A DNA stretch of 64,000 nt from Lama guanicoe (lineage: Eukaryota): positions 898,355 to 962,354 of the forward strand of contig MU055744.1 of NCBI GenBank assembly GCA_013239625.1, given 5' to 3'. A program made the position numbers and the translations under genes. Shown here in pieces: positions 1 to 11,429 of this stretch. The notes below the pieces were generated by a model. It saw nothing but the letters and a program-made list of their open reading frames with translations, did not search any database and was not told where the DNA came from. Position 1 is the first letter of the stretch; each line of letters starts with the position of its first letter.

Positions 1-632
1 CTGCAGGCCAGTGACCTGCCCAAGCACGAATCTTCTGGAGCCTGGGCTGGGGCTGGGGCCACACGCCCGTGGACTGACGCCCGACGGCCGAGGCGACCAG
101 AGGCCGTCCTGCCTCAGCCGCCAGCGCCTTGCCGCCGCCCGGGCTACTCAGACCTCCTCCCCGGCCGGGCATTTCGCTGGCTGACAGCTCAGTATCTGTC
201 TGGTTGCCCCCGGGAGGAGCCGTAGCCGTTCTGCTGCCAGAAAGAGGCGGACACACAGGAAACGCAAGGGCCGGGATCCCCCGGACCGCGCGGCCTCAGG
301 GTGCGGAGGGGCCGCCCTGCTCCGGGGGGCCCTCCTCTCCCCGCCGCCCCGTACCTAGGGACCGGCCTCCCGCAGCCAGGCAGCACGGCGCCCGCCCTCC
401 CCGTCTCTGTCCCCGCCGTGGCCTGCAGCGGGGAAGTCAGTCTCCCTTGTCTGCCTCCGCCCTCCCGCGAGTGGCACAGGCCCGCCCGGGCGTCCAGCCG
501 CAGAGACCCAGCAGGCCGGCGTGTGCCCGGCCTGGCTCTGGGCAGGCTGCCGCTGCGGCCGCCCCGTCGCTCTGCTTCGGCTCCCAGCTGGGCGCTGTGC
601 TGGAACCTTTGTGCCAGAGGAGGGGGTTCGTC

Positions 633-725
633 TTTCCCCCACTTGACAGACAAGGAAACGGAGGCCGGTGAGCCCAGCAACATGCCAGAGGCCACGCGGC
701 CGGAGTTGGAACACATGTCTCTCGC
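633..725 (-). mobile_element. MIR fragment
   Basis: ccccacttgacagacaaggaaacggaggcc resembles the MIR core (cccattttacagatgaggaaactgaggc). Confidence 0.5.
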
Positions 726-3700
726 TGCTCACCACCACAGTGCCACACTCCCTCCAAGCCACAAATGGGCCCTACAGCACCCCCCAGGGTCCAGTTCACC
801 CCAGGAAGAGGCAAGCTGGGAGGCCTGTGGCCCAGCTCAACTCAAACGCTGACTGAACCCCGCCTGCGTAGCAGACACTGGGGTCCCACTGAGGAGAGGA
901 GACAGGCGTGTGAGGAAATGGGCCACGGATGGCACCACGAGGGCCATCTTGGAGAAGGACCGCTGCTGGGACCCTGCTGAGCCAAGGGCCAGGTGACAGG
1001 AGGACCTAGTGCGAACGACAGTGTCTGACTTTCTGAGTGGCGGCTTCTCCAGGCCGAGACTATTTGCACCAGGAAGCCAGCTGACGTGCCATGAAGACAC
1101 GCAGGCAGCCGCAGGTGCTCCCCCAGGGGAGCCAGTCGGACCACCATGTGGTTCCACTGTGGATGCAAAACTTAGTGGGCAAAAGAAGAAACAGGGTATT
1201 TGCATAGTCTCCAAGCCTCCTCCCCCAACCCCCCCCCAAAAAAACCCAACAATGCGAGCGGCCTGGAGTTCTCAGAACACAGACGAAGCGATGGGGCAGG
1301 GCAGGCATGGAGGACTTTCTGGAGGAGGCTCAGACCTGGGCAGTTTGCAGGGCCTGGAGAAGGAGGGGGGCGGCATGACCCCACACATGGCCTGGGCATC
1401 CTGAGTCGAAATCCGGTTGGCCTGGTCCGCTCTGGGGCTCCCGGCCTCTCCAGGCACCAGGCACGGGCGGGAGGCTCGCATCTGCCGTCCCTTCCGGCAA
1501 CCCGGTGAGGCCAGTGCTGCTAAGATCGCATTTCCCAGAAGGGGAAACTGAGACTCAGAGCCGTGGGCGTGAAGACTGTGGGTGGCATCGCTGGGGGTCA
1601 CACCCAGGCTGGACCACCTGAAAAGCCAGGTGCGCTCTCGGGGCCCACATGCCTGCCCCCCCCACTCCACAGTCAACACAACCAGGGCTTTTGGGGGGAG
1701 CCTCCACCAGCTGAGCTTTGAGCCTGGCCCTGCCCCTGGCTCTTCCAAGAGACAAGACTTCTATTCACAAAACATAGAAGATCAGACTGTGACCCGTGTA
1801 TCAAATGCAGCAGAATCCAAATGAGGGAGAAACTCAGGCAGGCAGGGCTGGCTCAGGAGGGCTTCCTGGAGGAAGAAGTAGGGTTGGGGGTGGCCACCGA
1901 GTGTTCCCTGTGGAAGCCCAGGGCCACGTTGCTGAGACTGCTTGGGGGTACTCCACGTGGGGTCTTCCCCAGGCTGCAGTCACGCCCGGTGCAGGCTGGA
2001 GGCCTGCTGCCCCGGAGGGTCCTGTGCAGCGCACCCTCCCAGCCGGGCTACAGGGAGGAAACGGGGCCTGGGGTCCCGAGCGCAGCCGCAGACCGCCCAC
2101 TGCTCTTCCTGGCGGCCCTGAGCCTCGATCATCCCTGTGGACCCGCCGCCCCACAGCTCAGGCCACTGGTCAGCACGTGCTCTTGGGCTCCCGAGGTGCC
2201 TGCACTCCCCATGGGGGGTTGAGGCCTTCAGGGGCTCCAAGGAGGGCTCCTGGCTAGCCAGTCCACATCCAGGGTTCGCCAGTGGAGAACTGGCCCGGGG
2301 CACCACGCAGGCCGGGACGTGCCCTATCGCCACCTCCCCGGGGGCCAGGTTTCGGGGCCGCTGCCCCTAAACTCAGAAGCATCAGCCAACACCCAGATCT
2401 GCCACATCCGCCAGCCCCACCCTGCTTTCTGCAGTTCCCAGGAGGGCGGTCCGCCTCCCGGACCTCCCGACCCCCCATCTTCCTCCTGAGGAGTTAACGA
2501 AGGAGCCAGGTGTGTTCCTTCACAGATGGTGACGTTTGACGTCCCACCTTAGCCCCAGCGGAAAGCGAACCACGGGTGGAGAGGGCAGGGCTTGCTGGAG
2601 GCCGTCCAGGGTCCAGGACCGCCCGTCTGACCCCTGCCTGGAGCTCCCACCCTGCCCCAGGCCCATGGAAAGTCCAGCAGAGAGACTCAGCCCAAGGACA
2701 GCACAGCCCACGGCCAAGGCCCGGCTGCGGTAGGAGGGGGACCAGAGCTCCCTGCTAAGTGGAGAGCCAGAAGCTACTTTCCACGGAAAAAATGTCTTCA
2801 GACCCCCAGAGGCCGGGAGGCCCCAGCCCATGAGTCAAGGCTCAGGCTCGGCTGCAGCCACTGCTGAAACTCTTCCCAGACAGACAGCCGTCCCCCCGCC
2901 CCCCAGCCCGTCCTGAGCCAGGCTCTGCCCCCGCCCGGCAGGCCCGCCCGGCCAGGGCCCCTCCAGGCTGAGCCCCTCCTCCCGGCTCCCCGGCCCTCCG
3001 CCCCACCCAGCACAGCCCCCCACTTGAGTCCCCGTCCTCTGGGGCGTCCGCCTCCCACCTGCAAAGTGGGGAGAAGAGCCCGGCTGGCGGTGGGCCAGGC
3101 CTCAGGGCCCAGAGGCGGACTGCTCAGGGTGACCCGCGAGGGTGGCCTCAGGCCCTGCGTCCTGGCCCTCAGGCCTGGCACCTGGCAGCTGCCAGGGAAC
3201 GCTGGCCGACTGGAACCTGAGTTCCTCACGCAGACGCCTGCCCACCCTCGCGCTGTCACTGGGTTTCTCTGTGAGGTTTTACTTCAAGAAACGTTTCTGA
3301 GATGAAACGTGGAGATGAGCCTAAGCGAGGCCGCGGTGCAGACCCCGGCGTGACCCTTCGGAGGTGGCAGGGCCGTGCCCGGCGGGGCTCATGAGCGGCA
3401 GGCGAGGCCCTTTCTGCCCTGGTAGCTCCCTGGCTCTGGGGCGGGAGGGGGTCTGCAGCCGTGCCAACCTCGGCCAGAGGCCCGGGGTCCGCCTTCGGGG
3501 TCAGGAGTGTTTCCACCGGCGTCTCTGGAATCTTGGGCACAGGGAACTGGTATCCTTTTCTGGGCAGCAAGGACTACGTCAGCTGTCACGTTCCAGGACC
3601 CCTGGCTCAGGGGCGTGCTCTCTGGAGGGACAAGCAGGACCCAGACCCAGGGGCCGGAACAGCACCCTGTGAGAGGACAGAGGTGGCCTGCCACCCTCCC

Positions 3701-5299
3701 TCCCACTCCCAGGCCCACGGTAGCCAGGACCTGGGGACACCATGAGGGTCCCAGACACCTGGCCCCAGGCTGCAGAGCTGCCTGCGGGAGGTACTGGAGC
3801 CAGGCCCCGCTCAAAGTGGGGAACCCTGGGGGCCGTGCCCCGCCCCCCTCTGCAGCCCCAGGGACCCTCCCAGGGGCCTCCCGATGTTTCCATCACAGGC
3901 CCAGCGGGACTGACAGAAACTGGAATTTTCAGGCAGAGCCCAGGGGGCGCTCCCCTCCCTCCCGCCTGGGTCGGGCCACGGGCCTCAGACCAGACAACCC
4001 AGTCTGTCCTCCTCGCTTCTACCTTCCGCCTTCTGCAGAGGACCCCACGGGTCATCGGCTGGCCTGGCCCGAGGGCCAGAGCCGGCCCGGGGCCTTGCCC
4101 TGTGGTGCGGGTCCCAGCAGCAGCGGGCGGGCTGCATACTTTCCCACTGACGTCACCGGCATGGCCTGCCTCTGAAGTGACTGCGAACCCTCAGGGGCCT
4201 GATTGCAGCTGTCTTCCCAAAGTGAAATCAGATGGTGTCTCCAAACCTCCCCCAGCCCCTGCCTCCTCCCCCACTCCCTCTCTCCCTCTCTCTTTTATTA
4301 TGTTCCTTGGACCACGTCCAGATGTTTCCAGCAAAGGCAACCCTCCAAAAATTCTCAAAAAGAGAGGGAGAGCGCGCAGTTTCCTGCCGGCCAGGGCTGG
4401 AAGCGACGACGTGGCAGGGCGGGGGTGGCGGCCACGTCCGCAGGCCGGCGGGAGGCCGCAGGCTCCAGGCAGGCCTGGGGTCCGGACATCCGCAGGACGT
4501 GGCCCTGGGGCAGCCCCTCTCCCTGGACGCCGGGACCGCGGCCGCAGCGATGGGCCGGGCAGGGCAGAGCAGCAGGCCCCGGCGCTGGGCCCAGGCTGAC
4601 CCGGCGGGGGCCCCCAGCAGCGCGCTCACACGCGCAGCCCTGGGAGAGCGCGTCTCCACGGCGCTGGCCGCGCGGCTGGGGGCCCTAATTACAAGCAGTG
4701 CCCATCCGGCATTGGCATCACCTGTCTAGCTCACCTGGAGGCAGGTTCCAGAGGCCCCATGGGAAGAGGCGCTTTGGAGCCTGGAAGGAGCCCCCGGAGC
4801 CCCCAGGCAAAGGCAGGAAGGCTGTGCTCGGCGGGGAAGCACTGTGGGGGGACCCGCTGTGGGGGCCCACGGCACCTCCGGGCTGCAAGGTGGGGCCGGC
4901 CCACCCTGCCGCCAGGACACCATCGAAGCCTTTGTGAGGGCATCCTGGAGGCATGGCCTGAGCCGGGAGAGAAGGGCCCAGGTGCCGCCTCTGGAAGCCC
5001 CGCGGCCCCACTCAGCCCCCAGAGTCCTCACATGCAGAGTCCTACCAGGCAGGGTCCCCTCCGTCCTGTGTGCCTCCAGGTCCAGGACGGGGCGAGGTGG
5101 ACAGGCTGGACCATGCCCCCTACCTTGGTCAGCAGGACCCCTGCCTCAGGGAGGCTCCCCTCACCTGAAACTCTTGGTTCTCCCTGGGGGCTCTGGGCCG
5201 CCAGGGGATGCCCGGTGGGCAGAGCCGGGAGTGTGGACAGGTGAGGAGCCCCCAGCCAAGTGTCCAAGGGTTTGAAGACGGACCGCAGGGGCGTGCTGG

Positions 5300-5850
5300 G
5301 GGTCATGACAGAAATGAGTCTGACCCCCCACCCTACTTCAGGGCCAGTCAACAGAGACACTGACATTGCAGGCCAGGCCCCCAAGACCAGCCCCTCAGCT
5401 TTGGTGATTCGCTGGAAGGACTCAGAATTCAGCCAAGATGCTACGCTCACAGTTGGGTTTATTACAGCGAAAGGACAGATAAAAACCAGGCAAGGGAGGG
5501 TCCCCATGGGGCAGGTCCAGGAGAGACCAGGCACCAGCCCCTCCTGGTGGACGTGTGACGTCACGGGTGGGGGCTGCCAACCAGGGAAGCCCCCCTGAGC
5601 TTTGGCATCCAGGGTCTCCCTGGGGATTGGCCGTGTACTGCACACATGGTTGACCTGAACCTCCAGCCCTTCCGGAGGCCCGAAGTCCTCTATAAACCCT
5701 TCGCTAGCAGGACTCTCCTGCCAGGCCAGCCCCAGGTAAACAAAGATGCCCTCTTCAGCAGGACGTCCCCAGGGCTCAGCGGTCCCTCCCGGGAGCCGGG
5801 CCAGGACCAGACCTTTCTTGGGCCCAGGGCTGCTGAGTTACCCCTTCCCT
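5300..5850. mobile_element. MER21-family solo LTR (MER21C-like)
   Basis: cccaagaccagcccctcag...attcgctggaaggactca...tttattacagcgaaaggac...gccaaccagggaagc...ccccaggtaaacaaaga match recalled MER21C blocks. Confidence 0.75.
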
Positions 5851-7298
5851 GCACAGTGACCACAGCACACTGGGAACCACGCTGGGAGGCACTTGGCCCC
5901 AAGGAGCCCAAGGCAGGGAGGAAGCTACAGCCCCTGCCAGAGACATGGGCGGTGTGGGGGCCAGGACGACACTGCTGTCACCTCTGTCTTACAGGTGACA
6001 GAACAGAGGCTGAGTGGGGGTGCAGAGTCAGCCTGCACTGCAGCCCAGATCCAAACCCCATCTCTCACGGCAGCCTAGCCCCTCCCAACCTCCCCCTGAG
6101 CTTCCCCTCCCAGAGCCAGCCGGGCACACGCCTGCGGGACCCTGCAGCGGGCCGGGACGGAGTCGCCTCCTCCCAGACCTCAGCGAGTGTTTCCTCAACT
6201 GCGGGTGACATGAGCATCCTTCACAGGGGTCCCCACCCAAGCCCTCCCAGGACCCCCAGTCTCAGAATGGGCGGCAGGCGTCTGTGAGGGCAGAGGGCGA
6301 TGCTTAACCCCAGGGAGTGAAGCTCAGATTCCAGACGACAAAGGAGGGGGCTTGTGGGGGAGGGAAGCCTTGGTGCTGCCCACCCCAACCCCGTCACCCG
6401 GAACCACAGAGCATCAGTTCCTCTTTCTACAGAAAGGAAAGCTGGCAGCCCAGAGACCCGAAGGGATGCACCCCCAGTCCACAGAGATGTCACAGCCCTT
6501 GGCCACCCCACACTGCTCACCTATCCAGAGGTGTTCCTGATGCAGGCTCAGAATTTTTTGAGTCTTCACACAGCGGCTTTCCAGGCTGGCCCAAGAGGAT
6601 AGCCGTCAGTGCAGGTGGAGGGGAGTCGTCTGAGCAGCCCTGCAAAGCAGCCTCACCCGGGACCCCAGCAGCAGCAAGAGAGATTCCAGTTAGACCTGAG
6701 GAAGACACAAGCTGCAACCAGGAGATCACACTGGTTACGGACAAGCCCCAGGAGCCCCCAAGTGCTCTCCTCCCTGCGACACACGTGACGCTTCCGGAAG
6801 GCACAGGCGCACACAGCGACCTCGTGAGACAACGGCAGGACCAGGCGACCCGTCCGATGATGCCCTGGTCAGTACAGCTAAGATTTATGGCCCACCTGTC
6901 AGTAGCTAAACCTCTAGGCCTCAGCGCTTGTAGCTAAAAGAAGCCAAAGCGCCCGCAGCAGCCCAGGGGCGGAGATAAGGGGGCTTCGGCCCGCAGTTCC
7001 CTTCGGAGAGCCCGGTGGATGTCACTGAGGGTCCGTGATTTCTTCAGACTGACCTTGGTCCTCAAAGCAGAAGACTTCCCTGAGGAACCAGGCATGAAAT
7101 TAGAAGATTTTCCTTTCCCAATTTTGTGCCCAAAGAACCCCTATTTACCCTTCAGTGCCCAGCTTAACAGCCGCGTCCTCTGGGAAGCCTTCCACCACCT
7201 CCCCCGCTGGCAGCTCCCTCCTCCAACGTGGCCTCCTCCGGCGCAGAGCAGCCCACATTTGCTGCCTGCATGCAGCCCCCAGAAAATGTTCTAGACTT

Positions 7299-7597
7299 TC
7301 ACTGTCCCATATGCCAGCCACTGGCCACACGTGCCTTTGACAGCTTGAAATGTGGCTTGTACAAGTGGAGATGGGCTGTAAGGGAAAAATTAGTACCACG
7401 TCTCAGACTCGGCACCCAAAGAATGAACGTAAAGTAGCTCATTAATCATTTTTAGATGCTCACATGCTGAAATAATAATAGTTTGACATATTGAGTTAAA
7501 TAAAACATATTATTAAAATTCACATGGTTCTTAATGCAGCTACTAGAAAATTTTCGGTCACACATGGGCCCAGGTTAATTCTGTCGGGCAGACTCTG
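7299..7597. mobile_element. MER33-like hAT-Charlie MITE
   Basis: actgtcccatatgccagccactggccacacgtg...cttgaaatgtggct...ttaaataaaacatattattaaaatt...gctactagaaaattt; an AT-rich island of about 300 bp. Confidence 0.75.
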
Positions 7598-7609
7598 CTC
7601 TCTCCTGCG

Positions 7610-7705
7610 CCAGCCCAGGGCCTGGCCCATTCAGATTTCCAAGCAGTGTTTGCTGAGTGAATGCATGAATGAATGAATGCATGCATGCATGAATGAATGA
7701 ATGAA
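7610..7705 (+). mobile_element. L2 LINE 3' tail with (TGAA/TGCA)n
   Basis: gtgtttgctgagtgaatgcatgaatgaatgaatg... is a typical L2 terminus. Confidence 0.6.
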
Positions 7706-10279
7706 TTCAAGGGCTCTTGGGGCCAAATGCCTCTGCCCTGGAGCCTCGGACTGGCCCCAGCATGAACCATGACTCTCCTGTCACAATACAGACAACATGA
7801 GGTGTTTACTGAGCCACAGCTCCCTCCACTGGAGTCCACACCCAACCTGCATGTCATGTGCTCAGCCCCGTCCGGCACCTGGCCCCTTGCTGGGGTCTCA
7901 CGCACCTGGGGGAGGAGATGGGGGTGCCCCCAGGGAAGACAGGGAGCTCCAGTGAGTGAGGAGCTACAGAGGTTTGCCAGCTCGTCCTTGACCACCCCTG
8001 CGGACTCACAGTGGACAGGCCGGGTGCCGGCCTTTGGCTCAGGGTAAGAGTCTGCCAGGCCGAGTTGGAGGGAGGAGGGAGGGGAAGCGGGAGGCTGCGG
8101 TGTCCTTCTCTGGGTCTTGGTGTGGCTGGCTCCTCACTGACCGTGCTGTCTAGACTGTCCACCCACCCACCCACACCTTGCTTCCTGAGCACTTGGCCGG
8201 GACCCATGGCCCTGGCCTCCTAGACGTGGCCACTCGAGGGCTCCTGGCATATCCCCAACCTCCCCTCTCCTCTGTGTCTCGCTCTGAACTGGGAAGGTGC
8301 CCCCTGAAGCTTCCTGCCGCCTCTGGGGACAAGCTAGGGTATCACATGGGGGTGGAAGGCGGTCAGAAGTCATAATCACTTCACACCCAAGGCCTGGCCA
8401 CAGAGGGGGCTCCCACTGGACCTCCGCCAGGTGGACGTCCCAGGCACCTCCACTCTTCTGCCCACGATCCCCTGAGCTCTGCATTGCCCTCTCCCCGCGG
8501 CAGCAGGTCCACCCTCCCGGGACCACTCCCCACCGCCGGGTGTGAGACGACTACCGCCTTCGTGTCTGGCTCTGAAAACTCACTCCTTTTATCGGTTCCG
8601 TGTTTCCAGGACTGGAAAGAAGCTCTGGGGACAAGGAGGGCCCTCAGCACAGATGAAATCCGAGATGCTGTCAGGGCCCCTGGCTGCTCCCACCATCCCA
8701 CATAGCCCATCTGGGCAGCTCCCCGGCCCCAGGCACGGGGACAGAGAGCGGAGGGGCAGCTCCTGTCCGTCACAGAGCACCAGGCTGCGGGATGGGCCCC
8801 GGGAGAGGAGGACGGCTGCCAGGGAGATGACAGGGCTTAGCCAATCAGCACCGGCCGCCGGGCTAGGCGGTGTGCTCACTCAGCGGGGCAATGCCGCCCT
8901 CTGGTGGTGGAGGTGGGCGCTGACAGCCCGGCCCCTTCTCTGCCCTCAGACCAGGTGCAGGCACCTGGCGATGTTGCCCCCCACCCCTCCTTCTAGGTAT
9001 ATTAAAGGTGCCCAGGAAGTCAGGGGCTCCTCTGGGGGAGGAGACTAAATACTTCCAGCTGTGGTGGGTTTCACACCCATCCTGTACTCCAAGGAGGCCC
9101 CTTTTTATTGGAGTCACCTCACAAGCCAAGGAAAGCTGTTTGTGGGTAATAACGAGATCCTGGAGCGTCTCTTTCCTTGAGTCTGACTCAATTCAAAGTT
9201 ATAATCCACACATCTCTGTGCACAGAAATGCGCTTTATTGAACTTGCTCATTCAATAAGTTATTTGGTTTTACAAAGCCCTAGTTACAGAGCTGAGGATC
9301 TTTCAGCTTGGCGTCATTAGAGAGAGCCACCCACTGTCGACCCAGAGAACTGCAGCCCAGCTTTACAAGCCGTTGTGGTGGGAGGGGTTGGGGAGGGTGT
9401 CCAGGAGCCGGTGGGATTTCCAGCAGCTGAGAGGTCCTGATGTGACCGACGGAAGGAAACCACCAGAGTCGGAGGGGTGAGCCAGGGAAGTCACCTGGCT
9501 CCAGACCTCTAAGCCAGCTGCCGTCTCAATATTCCGACTGACCCGTCAGAGCAGCTACATGGCGACAGTGCCATCGGGGGGTGGGTGCACAGCCTCCATC
9601 CTCCTAAGGCTTCGGCAGAACCAGCCCGTCAGGCACCTGAATCTTTCTTAACACAGGGCTCCAGGCAGCCCCTGCTGTGGGCTGGACGGCCAAACAGCTG
9701 CCCTGGACGAAGAGTTCCGAACAGCCCCTCCATCTTCATTCCACGTGCTCCCAGCTGGTTGGGGTTTTTTGTAAATTTCTTTTATTAATTAAAGTATCAC
9801 TTGTTTGTTGTATCCATGTTCACTGGATTTGTACTTCCTGGCAAGTTCCTGGACTCTTTCCTTCCACTTGTCCCACCCAGGGCCCTCCGAGACCTCAAGG
9901 CCCTCTGGCCACCGTGATATCTTGGTCCTCCACTCCCTGGGCCGTCTCTGCAGCCACCTCCAGCCCTGCAACAGTCTGCCCCTCCACCATCCTCACCCAC
10001 GTCGGGAATTCCTCAGCACGGTTCAGTTCCAGACAGACTCACGCTTGTCACAGATTCCACGCATACCACATAGCGTCCCCAGCTGCACCTCCAAACTCCC
10101 CAGGTGCCCAGGAAAGGCCCTTCTTGGAAAAGGACCTTCCTGTAAGCCAGCCCCTGAGGGTCTCTTGCCCTTAGTGGAGGAGAGCAGTCACTTGCTGAGT
10201 GTTTCTCTGATGCCAGGACGGAGGCAATGCCATCTGAGTGCTCAGTTCACCTCAGCCCCATGCAGCCGGGCCTGTGATT

Positions 10280-10330
10280 GACCCATTTCACAGATGGAGA
10301 AACTGAAGCTCACTCAGTGAGCGAGCGAGG
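10280..10330 (-). mobile_element. MIR core fragment
   Basis: cccatttcacagatggagaaactgaagctca. Confidence 0.55.
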
Positions 10331-11264
10331 GGCTGACGTGTGCGACTCCGGAACCCACACTTGTATTCCTGGGGGGCGGGTGGGAGAGGACTAAGGTGGG
10401 GTTCTGGGCTGCCCCCACCAGCAGGGCCCTGGTCTCCCAGCCCCCCGTCACTCCATGGAACACGGCCTCAGAGGCTTTGCAAGCTCGCTCTCCCTGCTCC
10501 ACATGGACCTCGAGTCTGCCTGCCCTCGCCCTCCCCGTCCAGCCCCAGACAAGCGAGAAAGGCCCGCCTCTCAGTGGGGACAGCCTTCAGACCCTGGTCC
10601 TGGGGCCGCCCCAGCCCACATCCTGCAGACCTGGAACCTAGGGGTGTTCTGTGAGAGAGCTGGAGTCTGACCAGCCCGGGGTGACACGCAGTGTGGCCTG
10701 GCTGCCATGCTGAGCCCCAGCCCTGCAGTCCCCAGTGTGTTCACAGGTCCCTGGAAGCCAGGCTGCAGGGCCGCCAGGTGGCCACTGACTGGGAGAGGGC
10801 CCCACCCCGCCCTAGGCTCCCAGGCTGCTCCTGCATCAGCTGAGCTCAGGGACAAAAACCTGCCACATGAGCTCGTGTAATCAGGGTCGCGCCCACCCCT
10901 GAAGAGCTTTCACTCCTGGGGAGACTAAGGTGCAGGCGCACATGCCAGGGACCCTGCCTGGTGACCGGAGAGGGGTCGGAGGGAGGGAGGGCGGGGAGTG
11001 CCAGGCAGCCTAGCAGGCGCCTCCCCGGCCCCCTCCAGCCCCAGCCCCCAGGCCCCCGCAGTCACGTGCCTTCTCTCCCACGCTCCTCTGAGTGCGGGAT
11101 GTCAGTCAGAGGCTGGATGCGGACTCTGTTTAGAAAAGCTGCGCCCTGACTCCCGGCCGCCGGAGCAGCCCACACGGGGCCCTCGGCAAGCGCACGGGCT
11201 TCCTTAAGTCAGGGCCAGGCCGCGGCCTGCGCCGGCTGCTGTGCACACACGCGCCTTTACTTCT

Positions 11265-11429
11265 CTAAATAAACTTTTCTTAAAAATTTTGGAGCGTTAG
11301 ATGTACCAGAGAGCGGCAGAGACAGGACAGCGAGCCCGCGAGCCCCACGCCCAGGTTTCCCCCGTGCTGACACCTGTGTTCCTATAGCACGTGCGCTGTA
11401 GCGCGTGGACCAGGATGGGCGTGCTGTGA
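11265..11429 (-). mobile_element. L1MC-type LINE 3' end (left part, interrupted by Tigger1)
   Basis: aaacttttct...ttagatgtaccagagagcggcagagacaggacagcgagccc...ccaggtttcccc resembles the reverse strand of the L1MC 3' terminus. Confidence 0.6.
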
